Shown piece by piece: positions 29,220 to 40,200 of a DNA stretch of 64,000 nucleotides. The stretch is from an uncultured Flavobacteriaceae bacterium. GTDB taxonomy: Bacteria > Bacteroidota > Bacteroidia > AKYH767-A > OLB10. The translations under genes were made by a program, and so were the position numbers. Under the pieces are notes generated by a model. It made no database searches and was not told the origin of the DNA. It saw nothing but the letters and a program-made list of their open reading frames with translations. The stretch is from NCBI GenBank assembly GCA_964432885.1, contig CAYSPG010000010.1:10708-74707 (forward strand), given 5' to 3'. Positions within the stretch are counted from its first letter, which is position 1. Every line of letters starts with the position of its first letter.

Positions 29220-29993
29220 ATGTTTGAAAACATTATTACCAATACCGAAAACGCTGTTTGTACCATAACAGTAAACCGCCCCGATAAATTAAACGCGCTT
29301 AATGCACATACCATACAGGAAATAGGAATGGCTGTGAAAGATGCAGAGAATGATGATGCCGTGCGCGTAATAATTTTAACCGGAGCGGGCCAAAAATCGT
29401 TTGTGGCAGGTGCCGACATTAGTGAATTTAAAGGCTATAGTTTGGAGCAGGCAAAAAAATTATCGGCCGATGGGCACCGCGTGTTTGACAGTATAGAGAA
29501 TTGCAGCAAGCCTGTGATTGCAGCGGTAAATGGTTTTTGTTTGGGCGGAGGGTGCGAGTTGGCTATGGCTTGCCACATGCGTGTGGCAAGTGAAAATGCA
29601 AAATTTGGCCAGCCTGAGGTGAAGCTTGGACTGATACCAGGCTATGGCGGCACGCAGCGTATGCCGCGCCTTATTGGCCGCACCAAAGCCACCGAACTTT
29701 TGATGACTACGGATATGATGAATGCGCAGGAGGCATTATCGCTTGGCTTGGTAAATTATGTAGTAAGCCTTGATGCTTTAATGAATAAGTGCCTTGAGAT
29801 TGCCGAAAAAATTAAAAAGCAGGCACCCCTTGCCATTGGCGGAATTATAAAGTGTGTAAACGATTATTACAGCAACAAAAACGGATTTGAGAGTGAGATA
29901 AATACTTTTGGGTATTGCTTTACTACGGACGACAGTAAGGAGGGTGCTAATGCTTTTTTGGAGAAGCGGGCTGCGGTGTTTACGGGGAAATAA
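29220..29993 (+). CDS. enoyl-CoA hydratase/isomerase (crotonase) family, PaaG/PaaF-like
   Basis: 257 aa with the crotonase fold (ILTGAGQKSFVAGADI, CLGGGCELAMACH). It sits immediately upstream of paaABCD. Confidence 0.7.
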   Translation: MFENIITNTENAVCTITVNRPDKLNALNAHTIQEIGMAVKDAENDDAVRVIILTGAGQKSFVAGADISEFKGYSLEQAKKLSADGHRVFDSIENCSKPVIAAVNGFCLGGGCELAMACHMRVASENAKFGQPEVKLGLIPGYGGTQRMPRLIGRTKATELLMTTDMMNAQEALSLGLVNYVVSLDALMNKCLEIAEKIKKQAPLAIGGIIKCVNDYYSNKNGFESEINTFGYCFTTDDSKEGANAFLEKRAAVFTGK

Positions 29994-30042
29994 AACTATT
30001 CGTTGATATAATTCTTAAATTTGCTCACCATAAAATTCCATA

Positions 30043-30984
30043 ATGGAAAACACCGAAAAATTAGAAAAAGATTTTCAGGCAAAAATAGATAAGGGTATAA
30101 CCATAGAGGCAAAAGACTGGATGCCCGAAAAGTACCGCAAGCAACTTATTCGCATGATGAGCCAGCATGCGCACAGCGAAGTGGTGGGTATGTTGCCTGA
30201 AGGAAACTGGATAACACGCGCACCAAGCCTGGCGCGCAAAGTTTGTTTAATTGCCAAAGTGCAGGACGAGGCAGGGCATGGTTTATATATTTACAGCGGT
30301 ACTGAAACATTAGGCGCAAGCCGCGAAGAATTGCTTGCACAGTTTTTAAATGGTAAAGCAAAATATTCTTCGATATTTAATTATCCAACCTTAACATGGG
30401 CTGATATTGGCGCTATAGGCTGGCTGGTGGATGGTGCAGCGATAGTGAATCAAACAGCATTGGCAAAGTGTTCGTATGGCCCTTATGCGCGTGCCATGCT
30501 GCGCATTTGTAAGGAAGAAAATTTTCATCACAAACAAGGCTATCAGATATTGGCCAATATGATGAAAGGAAGTAAAGAGCAGCAGGAAATGGTTCAGGAT
30601 GCTGTAAATCGTTTTTGGTGGCCATCATTGATGATGTTTGGCCCATCGGATGCCAATTCACCAAACAGTGCGGAGCTTATGCGATGGAAAGTAAAGCTGT
30701 ACTCAAATGATGATTTGCGCCAGCGATTTATTGACCGCACCGTGCCGCAGGCCGAAGCCATTGGAGTAAAATTGCCCGATGAAAAATTAAAGTACAACAA
30801 AGAAAAACGCAGCTACGACTGGGGCGAAATAAACTGGGAGGAATTTAATGCAGTGATAAGTGGCAACGGCCCCTGCAACAAGCAACGTATGAAGCAGCGC
30901 GTGGATGCTCATGTAAACAACCAATGGGTGCGCGAGGCGGCAGAGGCTTACGCAGAAAAGAAAAAAAGAAAGCAAGCAGCTTAA
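30043..30984 (+). CDS. paaA: 1,2-phenylacetyl-CoA epoxidase subunit A
   Basis: 313 aa ferritin-like di-iron oxygenase subunit ([13 protein letters not shown]...EAGHGLY...EENFHH). Confidence 0.85.
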   Translation: MENTEKLEKDFQAKIDKGITIEAKDWMPEKYRKQLIRMMSQHAHSEVVGMLPEGNWITRAPSLARKVCLIAKVQDEAGHGLYIYSGTETLGASREELLAQFLNGKAKYSSIFNYPTLTWADIGAIGWLVDGAAIVNQTALAKCSYGPYARAMLRICKEENFHHKQGYQILANMMKGSKEQQEMVQDAVNRFWWPSLMMFGPSDANSPNSAELMRWKVKLYSNDDLRQRFIDRTVPQAEAIGVKLPDEKLKYNKEKRSYDWGEINWEEFNAVISGNGPCNKQRMKQRVDAHVNNQWVREAAEAYAEKKKRKQAA

Positions 30985-30990
30985 AAAAAG

Positions 30991-31062
30991 GATTGAATGG
31001 TAGAATGACTGAATTACAGAATTTAAAGCTATCATTCAATCATTCTACAATTTAATCATTCA
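30991..31062. repeat. octamer-phased repeat array forming a long imperfect palindrome in the paaA-paaB spacer
   Basis: GAAT at 30995, 31003, 31011 and 31019 (period 8). Its complement ATTC follows at 31034, 31042 and 31058 (period 8 and 16). ATCATTCAAT recurs. Confidence 0.45.
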
Positions 31063-31073
31063 ATAATTAATTT

Positions 31074-31361
31074 ATGTCAGATACACAGTGGGATTTATGG
31101 GAAGTGTTTACACAAAAAAAACCGGGCGCAGCCTATGAGCATGCCGGCAGTGTACGAGCATCGGATAAAGAAATTGCATTGATGAATGCGCGTGATGTTT
31201 ACAGCAGACGTAATGAGGCTACTTGTTTATGGGTAGTAAAAAGTTCTGAAATTGTATCATCATCACCTGAAGATGTAAGTTCGTTTTTTGATCCGGCTAA
31301 CGATAAGGTATATCGTCATCCCAACTTTTATAAAACGCCTGAGGGGATTAAACAGATATGA
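31074..31361 (+). CDS. paaB: 1,2-phenylacetyl-CoA epoxidase subunit B
   Basis: 95 aa with MSDTQWDLWEVFTQKKPGAAYEHAGSV... typical of PaaB. An ATGA overlap joins it to paaC. Confidence 0.85.
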   Translation: MSDTQWDLWEVFTQKKPGAAYEHAGSVRASDKEIALMNARDVYSRRNEATCLWVVKSSEIVSSSPEDVSSFFDPANDKVYRHPNFYKTPEGIKQI

Positions 31362-32119
31362 AAACTCGTGAGGCATTGTTTGAATATTGTATTCGTTTGG
31401 GTGATACATCTTTAATACTTGGGCAACGCCTTGCAGAGTTGTGCGGACATGGGCCCATATTGGAAGAAGACATTGCCATGAGCAACATGTCGCTTGATTT
31501 AATTGGGCAGGCACGTATGTTGTATTCCTATGCAGGTGAAGTGGAAGGTAAAAACAGAACAGAGGATGATATAGCGTATGAGCGTGATGCACGCCAATAC
31601 AAAAATGTGTTGCTTGCCGAACAACCCAATGGGGATTTTGCAACAACTATGGTGCGCCAACTTTTTGTGAGTGTGTATCAATATCATTTGTACCAGGCAT
31701 TATCAAACAGCAAAAACGAAACGCTTGCGAGTATAGCAATTAAGTCATTAAAGGAAGTAACGTATCATGTACGTCACGCGGCAGATTGGGTGTTGCGCTT
31801 AGGTGATGGAACAGAAGAAAGCCATGAGCGCGCACAAACAGCAGTTAATGATTTATGGATTTTTACGGATGATTTATTTGATGGAGATGAAGTGGATGAT
31901 ATTTTATTGAAAGAAAAAGTGGGAGCAGATTTATTGCAAATAAAATCAGCATGGGAAAAACAAGTTAAGCAGGTTTTATCTGAAGCAACACTTACTATTC
32001 CAACCATAAATAGTTTTATGCGAACAGGAAGCCGTAAAGGTAATCATACCGAATATTTAGGATATATGCTTGCAGAGATGCAGTTTTTACCAAGGGCATA
32101 TCCGGGTACAAAGTGGTAA
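31358..32119 (+). CDS. paaC: 1,2-phenylacetyl-CoA epoxidase subunit C
   Basis: 253 aa ferritin-like subunit (LGDTSLILGQRLAELCGHGPILEEDIA). Confidence 0.85.
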   Translation: MKTREALFEYCIRLGDTSLILGQRLAELCGHGPILEEDIAMSNMSLDLIGQARMLYSYAGEVEGKNRTEDDIAYERDARQYKNVLLAEQPNGDFATTMVRQLFVSVYQYHLYQALSNSKNETLASIAIKSLKEVTYHVRHAADWVLRLGDGTEESHERAQTAVNDLWIFTDDLFDGDEVDDILLKEKVGADLLQIKSAWEKQVKQVLSEATLTIPTINSFMRTGSRKGNHTEYLGYMLAEMQFLPRAYPGTKW

Positions 32120-32181
32120 TACTAATTGAAGACTGAATAATGAAGATTGAAGATTATAGCTGCAATATTAAAACTTCGCTG

Positions 32182-32228
32182 TTCGATATTCGTTTGTTCA
32201 ATATTCAATATTCACTCTTCAATATTCA
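32182..32228. repeat. direct repeat array TTC(G/A)ATATTC(G/A) x4-5 in the paaC-paaD spacer
   Basis: gTTCGATATTCGtttgTTCAATATTCAATATTCActcTTCAATATTCAac. The ATATTC cores start at 32186, 32201, 32208 and 32222 (spacings 15, 7, 14). Confidence 0.45.
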
Positions 32229-32240
32229 ACAAATTCTTTA

Positions 32241-32747
32241 ATGGAATTCTCTGTAACGAACAAAGCGCTTCCAGAAGAGGAAATTTTCTTGCTCCTATCC
32301 ACTATACCCGATCCTGAAGTTCCAGCTATTAACATTTTTGAATTAGGTGTGCTGCGCAAAGTAGAATTTGTTGATGATAAATTTGTAATCACCATTACAC
32401 CAACATATTCAGGCTGCCCTGCAATGCACGCTATTGAAGAAGAAATAAAAAATAAACTTTCGGAAAACAGAATCAGCAACTTTCAAATAAAAACAGTTTT
32501 GTTTCCGGCATGGACAACAGACTGGATGAGTGCCGAAGCAAAAGCAAAACTAACGGCCTACGGGATTGCGCCACCACAACCATCGTCAAAACAAAAACAT
32601 TTCCGGCCCGATGAAGTAACTCTTGCTTGCCCTTTTTGTAAATCAAAAAACACAAAACTTACCAGCTGGTTTGGCTCTACTGCATGCAAGGCTTTATACT
32701 ATTGCGATAATTGCAATCAGCCTTTTGAGCATTTTAAGTGTCACTAA
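32241..32747 (+). CDS. paaD: phenylacetate-CoA oxygenase subunit PaaD (SUF/MIP18-like Fe-S assembly domain plus C-terminal Cys-rich zinc ribbon)
   Basis: 168 aa with DPEVPAINIFELGVLRKVE and a C-terminal CPFCKS...CDNC. Confidence 0.8.
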   Translation: MEFSVTNKALPEEEIFLLLSTIPDPEVPAINIFELGVLRKVEFVDDKFVITITPTYSGCPAMHAIEEEIKNKLSENRISNFQIKTVLFPAWTTDWMSAEAKAKLTAYGIAPPQPSSKQKHFRPDEVTLACPFCKSKNTKLTSWFGSTACKALYYCDNCNQPFEHFKCH

Positions 32748-32750
32748 AAT

Positions 32751-34148
32751 TTACCGGTTGTGCGCAACCAATATTTTTTTGGTTACCAATTTGTTTTCAA
32801 TTTCAAGTTGCAAAAAATAAACACCATAAGCAAGGTTCGATACATCAATAGAAGTTATGTTTTCTGAAAAAGCGTTATTCATCTTTTGGTAAACAATTTT
32901 TCCATCAGCCGAAAACAATTGAATATTTTTGGGATGTGCAATATATTTTTTTACCGAAACCATAACTACAGCATCGGCAGGCACAGGGTAAACCGAAATT
33001 TCGTTTTGAATACCTGAAGCAGTATTAACACTAGTTGGTAAAAAGCTGGTGGTAAAATTGGGTAATCCAAGACGGCAGGTTGCATTGCTAAACGTAAAAC
33101 CATTGTCAATATAATTGCAGCTTATGCCTGCAGAGTCGGGATAATTAATAATTCCTAAAAAGCTGCTATTGTATTCACTTACATAAATTTTTCCGTTGCT
33201 TGCCATTTGCATAGCACCCAAATACGTATTGGTTGATGTGCCTATTAATTGCAGCGTTGCATTAATGGTAGCTGCATTGCCTGATGAAATATCCCACTGG
33301 TAAATTTTTCCTGGTTGCTGATGTGCGCAGTATAAAAATTGCCCGCTTGATGAAAACTCTAACCCCTGAGCGCCCTGACTACTTACTGGTGCAGGTAAAG
33401 TAAGGTGCTGCAGGTTAGTTACTATGCCTGTGGTATTATCAAAGTCAAACAGGTCAACATAGTTTGATGCAAAAACCGCATGAGCAAGTTTGCTTCCGTC
33501 TGACGAAAAACGTAGGTAGCCACGAAAATCGTTACCGCCAAGCGTCATGCCAATTTTTGTTTCAACAGGTGTGGCCGACACTCCGCTTGCTGTTACCAGA
33601 TAAGCAAATAAAGTATCGGTAGGGTAGCTGTGTCCCATTACCCAAAAGTCGGTGTTGTTGGCATGTTTTACGGCCGTTAATTTTTCAGAACTTTTTACAC
33701 GCAACAACGTGTTTTTGGTTGTTACATCGCCAAAACCACCGTTCAGTGTCATATCAACTATTGAATATGAAAACGGCCCTGTACCCGATTGATTGGTTGT
33801 GAAAATATAATATTGTGTGGCGCTTCCCGGAAACGGAACAGCAACAGCTGATTGTGTGGAACTCCAACCACCAGTTAAGTTATTGCCATTGGGCATGATG
33901 AGATGATTGCGGCCATATACATCAACTCCGTTGGTGTAGAAAAGCAAATTGCCATTGGCATCGCTTATGGTTGCACATCCTTCATCAGTACTCATCGAAC
34001 TTTGTGCTAGCTCCACCGGGCTTCCTGAATTAAAATCAAGCGCAGCGCCATATCCAAAGTGCCATATGTTGGTTTCTTTTTGAGCCTGTGCAAATTGCAC
34101 TGTTGCAATAATGCAGGCAATAATAAGGTGTGTGTGTTTTGCTTTCAT
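32751..34148 (-). CDS. secreted protein (probable beta-propeller/beta-sandwich) with C-terminal T9SS sorting domain
   Basis: 465 aa. Signal peptide MKAKHTHLIIACIIATVQFAQAQ. C-terminus ...ISVYPVPADAVVMVSVKK...YGVYFLQLEIENKLVTKKILVAHNR. Confidence 0.6.
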   Translation of the reverse strand: MKAKHTHLIIACIIATVQFAQAQKETNIWHFGYGAALDFNSGSPVELAQSSMSTDEGCATISDANGNLLFYTNGVDVYGRNHLIMPNGNNLTGGWSSTQSAVAVPFPGSATQYYIFTTNQSGTGPFSYSIVDMTLNGGFGDVTTKNTLLRVKSSEKLTAVKHANNTDFWVMGHSYPTDTLFAYLVTASGVSATPVETKIGMTLGGNDFRGYLRFSSDGSKLAHAVFASNYVDLFDFDNTTGIVTNLQHLTLPAPVSSQGAQGLEFSSSGQFLYCAHQQPGKIYQWDISSGNAATINATLQLIGTSTNTYLGAMQMASNGKIYVSEYNSSFLGIINYPDSAGISCNYIDNGFTFSNATCRLGLPNFTTSFLPTSVNTASGIQNEISVYPVPADAVVMVSVKKYIAHPKNIQLFSADGKIVYQKMNNAFSENITSIDVSNLAYGVYFLQLEIENKLVTKKILVAHNR

Positions 34149-34267
34149 ACTGCAAACATATTATAAGAACATTAAAAAAATACCTTTTTTTAAAATCTTC
34201 TTTTATCAAAGATTTATTTTACAACTAAAAAATTACTTTTACCCATAAATCTAAAATACTATTTGCA

Positions 34268-35242
34268 ATGAATCCAGAACTGCTTACCGACCTTGGAAAA
34301 ATTGCCGGCATTGGCGGCATTTGTGTTGGCGCTCTTGTTTTAATTTTTAGAAGTGTGATTCATGAAAACTTTTTAAGTAAAATGACACAAGAGCAGAGTT
34401 ATAAAATCACCAATAAAATAATTACGTTTTCGGGAGTTTTGGTTTTGCTGGGTGTGAGTTCGTGGGTTTATTTAAAAGCTTCGGGCAATGATGTGGATAA
34501 AAGCAGAGTGGTAATAAAGGGAACGGTAAAGGATGTTGATAACAACAATCTGCAAAACATCCATGTGAATTTAAAATCGGGAGGGCAGCCATTGGGAAGT
34601 GCTACCACCGACAGCGATGGAAATTTTTCACTCTCGCACAGTGGGCATGGCAAACTTGATGCGCTGATTGAAATTACAGGCCAGGGTTATATAGTGTACA
34701 CCAAAAACCTTGAGATAAATTACAGCGAAGCAACCATCCAAATAGGCGAAGTAAAATTAAAAAGCGATGACCCCAATAAAAACAAACCCATTGTTAACGT
34801 ACCTTCACAGGCATCGCCAAACTCAGGCGCAAACCTGCAACAAGGATTAATAGCCACCAGTGGTAGTGCAGGTAATGCATCCATAACCATAAACACGCTT
34901 GAGTACGGCACACTATTAAGCAGTTTGGGCGCTGCGGCCAATGCTACACTTAATATTGCCGGAGTAAGTTACACACTTACCAATTCAGATTTGATTATTC
35001 CGTTTTCGCAACCTGGTATGGTTGATTACCAAATTACCGGTTATACCTATAATGAAATGGGGACGATGTGTAACAACAATTCGGTGGGACAAATTGAACT
35101 TGCTGCCGGAACCAGGTATTACCTTTTTGAAAATCTTAATAACTCCTCTACTACCGATTGTAACTGGTATTTGTTTAACGAGTATCAATTTTCCCAGCAA
35201 AAAAGCGTTTTGCAGCAGCGCATCGTTCAAATGTTTCAATAG
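34268..35242 (+). CDS. membrane-anchored protein with carboxypeptidase-regulatory-like (CarboxypepD_reg) beta-sandwich domain
   Basis: Two N-terminal TM helices, then GTVKDVDNNNLQNIHVNLKSGGQPLGSATTDSDGNFSL, the hallmark of the CarboxypepD_reg fold. Confidence 0.5.
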   Translation: MNPELLTDLGKIAGIGGICVGALVLIFRSVIHENFLSKMTQEQSYKITNKIITFSGVLVLLGVSSWVYLKASGNDVDKSRVVIKGTVKDVDNNNLQNIHVNLKSGGQPLGSATTDSDGNFSLSHSGHGKLDALIEITGQGYIVYTKNLEINYSEATIQIGEVKLKSDDPNKNKPIVNVPSQASPNSGANLQQGLIATSGSAGNASITINTLEYGTLLSSLGAAANATLNIAGVSYTLTNSDLIIPFSQPGMVDYQITGYTYNEMGTMCNNNSVGQIELAAGTRYYLFENLNNSSTTDCNWYLFNEYQFSQQKSVLQQRIVQMFQ

Positions 35243-35290
35243 CTAACCGGCTGTTCTTTTTTAAATAGAAAGGCGTACGGTGTAAACAAC

Positions 35291-35298
35291 TACATTTG
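35291..35298 (+). promoter_or_regulatory. -7 promoter element (TAnnTTTG) for guaB
   Basis: TACATTTG lies 20 bp upstream of the guaB ATG. Confidence 0.35.
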
Positions 35299-35317
35299 CC
35301 CGGCAAAAGCTAAAAAC

Positions 35318-36787
35318 ATGGCTATTGCAACCACAAAATTTATTGCCGAAGGATTAACATACGATGACGTATTGCTAATTCCTGCATACAGCGAAGTGCT
35401 GCCCCGCGAAGTAAACACCAGCACACTTTTTACCCGCAACATTAAAATTAATATCCCCATAATTTCGGCAGCTATGGATACTGTTACCGAAGCGGCTATG
35501 GCTATTGCCATTGCACAGGAGGGTGGCATAGGTGTGCTTCATAAAAACATGAGCATTGAGCAACAAGCGGCAGAGGTGCGCAAGGTTAAGCGCAGCGAAA
35601 GCGGCATGATACATGACCCCATTACACTGCATCAAAATTCAACCATTGGAGAAGCACTTGCAATAATGCGTGAACAAAAAATTGGCGGTATTCCTATAGT
35701 AAACGACAGCAATAAACTGGTGGGCATACTAACCAATCGTGATTTGCGTTTTGAAACTGATGGCAATAAAAAAGTAAGCAGTGTAATGACCTCGGAAAAC
35801 TTGGTTACAGTTACAGGTATTGTATCGTTGCAAAAAGCCGAAGTTATTTTAATGAATCATAAAATAGAAAAGCTTCCTGTTATTGATAAACACGGAAAGC
35901 TGATCGGGCTTATAACCTACAAGGACATTTTAAAATTTAAATCGAGGCCAAACTCATGTAAAGATGAACTTGGAAGACTACGGGTGGCAGCGGCTGTAGG
36001 TGTTACCGAAAATATGAACGATCGCGTGCAGGCGCTGATGAAAGCAGGCGTTGATGCTATTACAATTGATACAGCGCACGGACACAGCAAAGGAGTGCTG
36101 GATGCATTAAAACGTGTTAAAAAAAGCTTCCCTAAATTAGATGTGGTGGTTGGAAATGTAGGTACAGGCGAAGGTGCAAAGGCTCTTGTGAAAAGCGGTG
36201 CAGATGCAGTTAAGGTTGGTATTGGGCCCGGAAGCATTTGCACCACGCGCATTATTGCCGGTGTGGGCGTGCCACAACTTACAGCAGTGCATGAGTGTGC
36301 TAAAGCTATAAAGGGAGGTGGTGTGCCGGTTATTGCCGATGGAGGCATAAGGTTTACGGGTGATATACCAAAAGCCATTGCGGCCGGTGCCGATAGTATT
36401 ATGGCCGGGTCGTTGTTTGCCGGTGTAGAAGAGTCGCCTGGTGAAACAATAATTTTTGAGGGAAGAAAATTTAAATCCTATCGCGGCATGGGAAGCATTG
36501 AGGCTATGCGCGAAGGAAGTAAAGACCGATACTTTCAGGATGCAGAGGATGATATTAAAAAGCTGGTGCCAGAAGGTATTGTGGGCCGCGTACCATATAA
36601 AGGAACGTTGGCCGAAACGGTGTATCAACTTGTTGGAGGATTGCGGGCAAGTATGGGTTATTGTGGTGCTAATAATATAGCATCGTTGCAAAAAGCCACT
36701 TTTATCCGAATTACCCAAAACGGGGTGCGCGAAAGCCATCCTCATGGTGTTACCATTGTTAAAGAAGCTCCTAATTATACACGGTAG
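35318..36787 (+). CDS. guaB: IMP dehydrogenase
   Basis: 489 aa IMPDH TIM barrel with a CBS pair. The catalytic loop [11 protein letters not shown] is present. Confidence 0.9.
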   Translation: MAIATTKFIAEGLTYDDVLLIPAYSEVLPREVNTSTLFTRNIKINIPIISAAMDTVTEAAMAIAIAQEGGIGVLHKNMSIEQQAAEVRKVKRSESGMIHDPITLHQNSTIGEALAIMREQKIGGIPIVNDSNKLVGILTNRDLRFETDGNKKVSSVMTSENLVTVTGIVSLQKAEVILMNHKIEKLPVIDKHGKLIGLITYKDILKFKSRPNSCKDELGRLRVAAAVGVTENMNDRVQALMKAGVDAITIDTAHGHSKGVLDALKRVKKSFPKLDVVVGNVGTGEGAKALVKSGADAVKVGIGPGSICTTRIIAGVGVPQLTAVHECAKAIKGGGVPVIADGGIRFTGDIPKAIAAGADSIMAGSLFAGVEESPGETIIFEGRKFKSYRGMGSIEAMREGSKDRYFQDAEDDIKKLVPEGIVGRVPYKGTLAETVYQLVGGLRASMGYCGANNIASLQKATFIRITQNGVRESHPHGVTIVKEAPNYTR

Positions 36788-37243
36788 GCTTTTCAACACA
36801 GAATATTTATCTAAATAAATCGCAGGTTTTTTATCATTTTTTCCTTTTTTCAAAGGATTTTAAATGATAGCCAATGGCTTGTTACTGTTACCGAACAATT
36901 TGTTACTGTTTCTCAAATACTTGTTTTCATTATAACTATTAGTTGACGTTAATAATACAATGACTTTTTTTCGGGTTAGGCTCGTTAGGGTTTCACCGAG
37001 GTTTAGTAACGTTGAACCTAAGCCGTTTACACTTACCCAATTTATTGTCACCTTTTCTTAAAGGCATGGCAACCTTATTTCATAAGTCGACAACCAAAGA
37101 GCCACAATAGTTTTTTCTTAAAAACTGGATTAAACGGCAAAATCATCTTTTACCCAAAATTTACCAGCGTTTACGGAAAAAAACCTGTGTTAGCCAAGCT
37201 TGTGTGAGATATTGCTTGCTCAAAACCAAAAAATACCGCAATA

Positions 37244-40200
37244 ATGACACACGTACAAAAAACAAGAAACGCTGCCTTAAATTATATGGCAGCAGCAACA
37301 ATGGCGCTTATTGTATTAATAAGCTTGCTGTTAAACAAAAGCGCATTAGCGCAAACAACACAAACATTTACCTCAAACGGCACTTTTAATGTACCGTTAG
37401 GTGTTACTACTGTGCAAGTAGAGGCCTGGGGTGGTGGTGGAGCTGGAGGTGGGGTAAACGGATCAAACACGCAAACACGTGCTGGTGGAGGAGGTGGAGG
37501 AGGTGCTTATGTTAAAAACACATCAGTGGCCGTAACTCCCGGTGCTGCCATTACTGTTACCGTTGGCAATGGAGGTAATGGTAACACTGCTGCAGATGGT
37601 GGTAATGGTGGCGCATCCACTTTTTTAGGCGTAACAGCCAATGGTGGTAATGGTGGAAAAGTAGGCCAGTCGGGTACTCAGTTTGGTGCCGGTGGCGCTT
37701 CTATTACTGGAACCTTTAACGGTGGTGCAGGTGCAGCCGCTGCCAGCAATAATAGTGGTGGTGGTGGTGGTGGTGCCGGTAGCTCAGGCAATGGAGGTAA
37801 CGGAAGCGGAACCACAGGCGGTGCCGGTGGTGCAGGTGGAGGAGGTGCTGCCCCTAACGGATTAACTTCAAATGGAAACGGTACCGATGCCAGCAATCTT
37901 TCTGCAGGTGGTAGCGGTGGTCGTAGTTCAAGCAGCACGGACCGTTCAGGTGGTGATGGTTTTCGCGGCCAGGTAAAGATTACTTATTCATGCCCATCGT
38001 ATACTTTAACATCATCAGCAACTGCCACAGGACCTTTTTGTGGTAACTCTGCATCAACAGTAACCCTACGTTCTTCATCATTAACATCGGGAACTTATAC
38101 AATAACCTATAATCTTTCAGGTGGAACAACAGCTTCTGGAAATACTGCCACAATGACTTTTAGTTCAAGTAGTGGAACAGGAACATTTAATACATCAACT
38201 TTATTGGCCGGAACTACAAACATAACCGTAACTGCAATTGCAAGTGGTGGTTGTAATAGTTCACAAAGCAGTAACAATACTGCAAGTGTGGTTGTAATTG
38301 CAGCACCAACAGCCGTTGCTGGAACAGCAATTGCTACATGTGTTACTTCAGGTTCTATAAATATTACGGCTGGTTCAAGTTCAGCAAACAATGCAGGAAT
38401 TATCTGGACCAGCAATGGAACAGGAACATTTACCAATGCTAATTCATTAACAACTTGTACGTATTTGCCAAGCGCTGCCGATATTGCAGCAGGTAGTCGT
38501 ACTATAACACTTACCGCAATTGGTAACGGTGGTTGTGCAAATGCAACATCAAACAAAACACTAACTATTAATCAGCCACCAGTGGCTAATGCTGGTACTT
38601 CAATACACACCTGCAACAATTCAGGTGCAGTAAATATTACTGCCGGTGCATCTGCCAGCAATCAGGCCAGCGTAAACTGGACAAGCAGTGGTACCGGATC
38701 ATTTGCAAACGCTACTTCGCTTACCAACTGTACCTACAATCCGAGTGCTGCTGATATTGCAGCAGGTAGTGTAACGCTAACACTTACTGCAAATCCGTTA
38801 ACCGGTTGCAGCAGCAACTCAGCTACCAAAACTTTAACTATTCATACCAATCCTGGTGCACCTGGTATAATTACAGGTACTGCCAATGTTTGTGGTGTTC
38901 AGCTTGCTGGGTTAACCTATAGTGTGCCTACAGTAGCAAACGCAACTTCATATAACTGGGTAGTTCCTTCCGGATGGACAATTACAAGCGGTCAGGGATC
39001 AAACATTATTACAGTAACTTCGGGTAACAATGGCCAAAACGGAAATATGACCGTTACCGCCACCAATGCAGGTTGTTCTGGAACACACCCCAGCACCACT
39101 GTCAATATTTTTCCAAACGTAGCTACTCATAATACAGGCTTTACAACTCTTACTACAAAAACAAGTGGTGATATCCAATGTAACTCGGGTTCCCTTGCCG
39201 GATATATCAAGTTTCCTTTAAATACAATTCCTGCAGGGTCAACCATAACATCCGCGGTATTAAGTTTGGTTAATAGCAACAGCCCAACTTTAAGTTCGGC
39301 AACGAATGATATCAGGGCTTTAGGAAATAATGATCCTGTTAGCGCCTCTGCCTCAAACCTATATTCAGCTGCTACCAGTGGTTCCAGTTATAGTGCTTCC
39401 ACATGGAGCAATACCGGAACAGTGAATCTTACACTTAACACAACTGCCAACACCGATATTCAAAACCGTATCGTTTCTCCGGGCTATATTGGTATGGGAT
39501 TAGACAGAGGTGGTTCTTCAACATATACTTTTTACGGATTTAATGCAGGTACCAATGCACCCAAACTTGCTGTAACCTATACAACAATTAGAACACTTGC
39601 TGTAACGGTTGCCCCTGCTGCCGATTTAGCAGCATCAAGCAATGCACCAGTTTGCGATGGATTAGGCTTGTTTTTTTCTGCTGTAAATAATGCTTCGGGC
39701 CAAACAACGGGTAATACCTACCAATGGACAGGCCCAAACGGATTTAGCTCATCGCAGCAAAATCCAACCATTAATAACTGCGCTTCAGCTCAATCAGGTA
39801 ACTACACGGTGGTGCTTACCAATCAGTTTTTGTGTTCAGCATCTGCCACAATTCCTGTAATGGTTAATCCAAACCCGTCTATTTCGGTTAACGCTATTAC
39901 CCAGGTTACCTGCAACGGATTTAATGACGGAACCTTTTCTATATTAGCTTCGGGTGGTTCTGCTCCATATTTATTTACAGATGGAGGCAACTTTAATCTT
40001 GATGGAATATTTACAGGTGTTTCTCCATCATCATATACTGTTACTGTATACGATGCCAATGGATGCGAAAACTCAGTACCTGTTACAATTACCGAGCCTG
40101 ATGTACTTGCTGTTAATCCTTCTAACAACAGCCCAGTGTGCGAAGGTGTAACTTTAAATTTTGCAGCCGGAATTACAGGTGGAACAACTCCATATTCCAT

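Noticed and set aside
35917-36853. Minus-strand ORFs 35917-36378 and 36137-36853 (153 and 238 aa)
   Set aside because: They are antisense to guaB and have Cys/Thr/Pro-rich low-complexity translations, typical of shadow ORFs.
37678-38556. Antisense ORFs inside the giant cargo genes (for example 37678-37938 proline-rich, 38107-38556, 39823-40245, 43812-44195, 50916-51224, 52323-52640, 53070-54500)
   Set aside because: These are shadow ORFs produced by the repetitive GGN/ACN-rich coding sequence of the giant genes. Their translations are low complexity (P/L/V runs).
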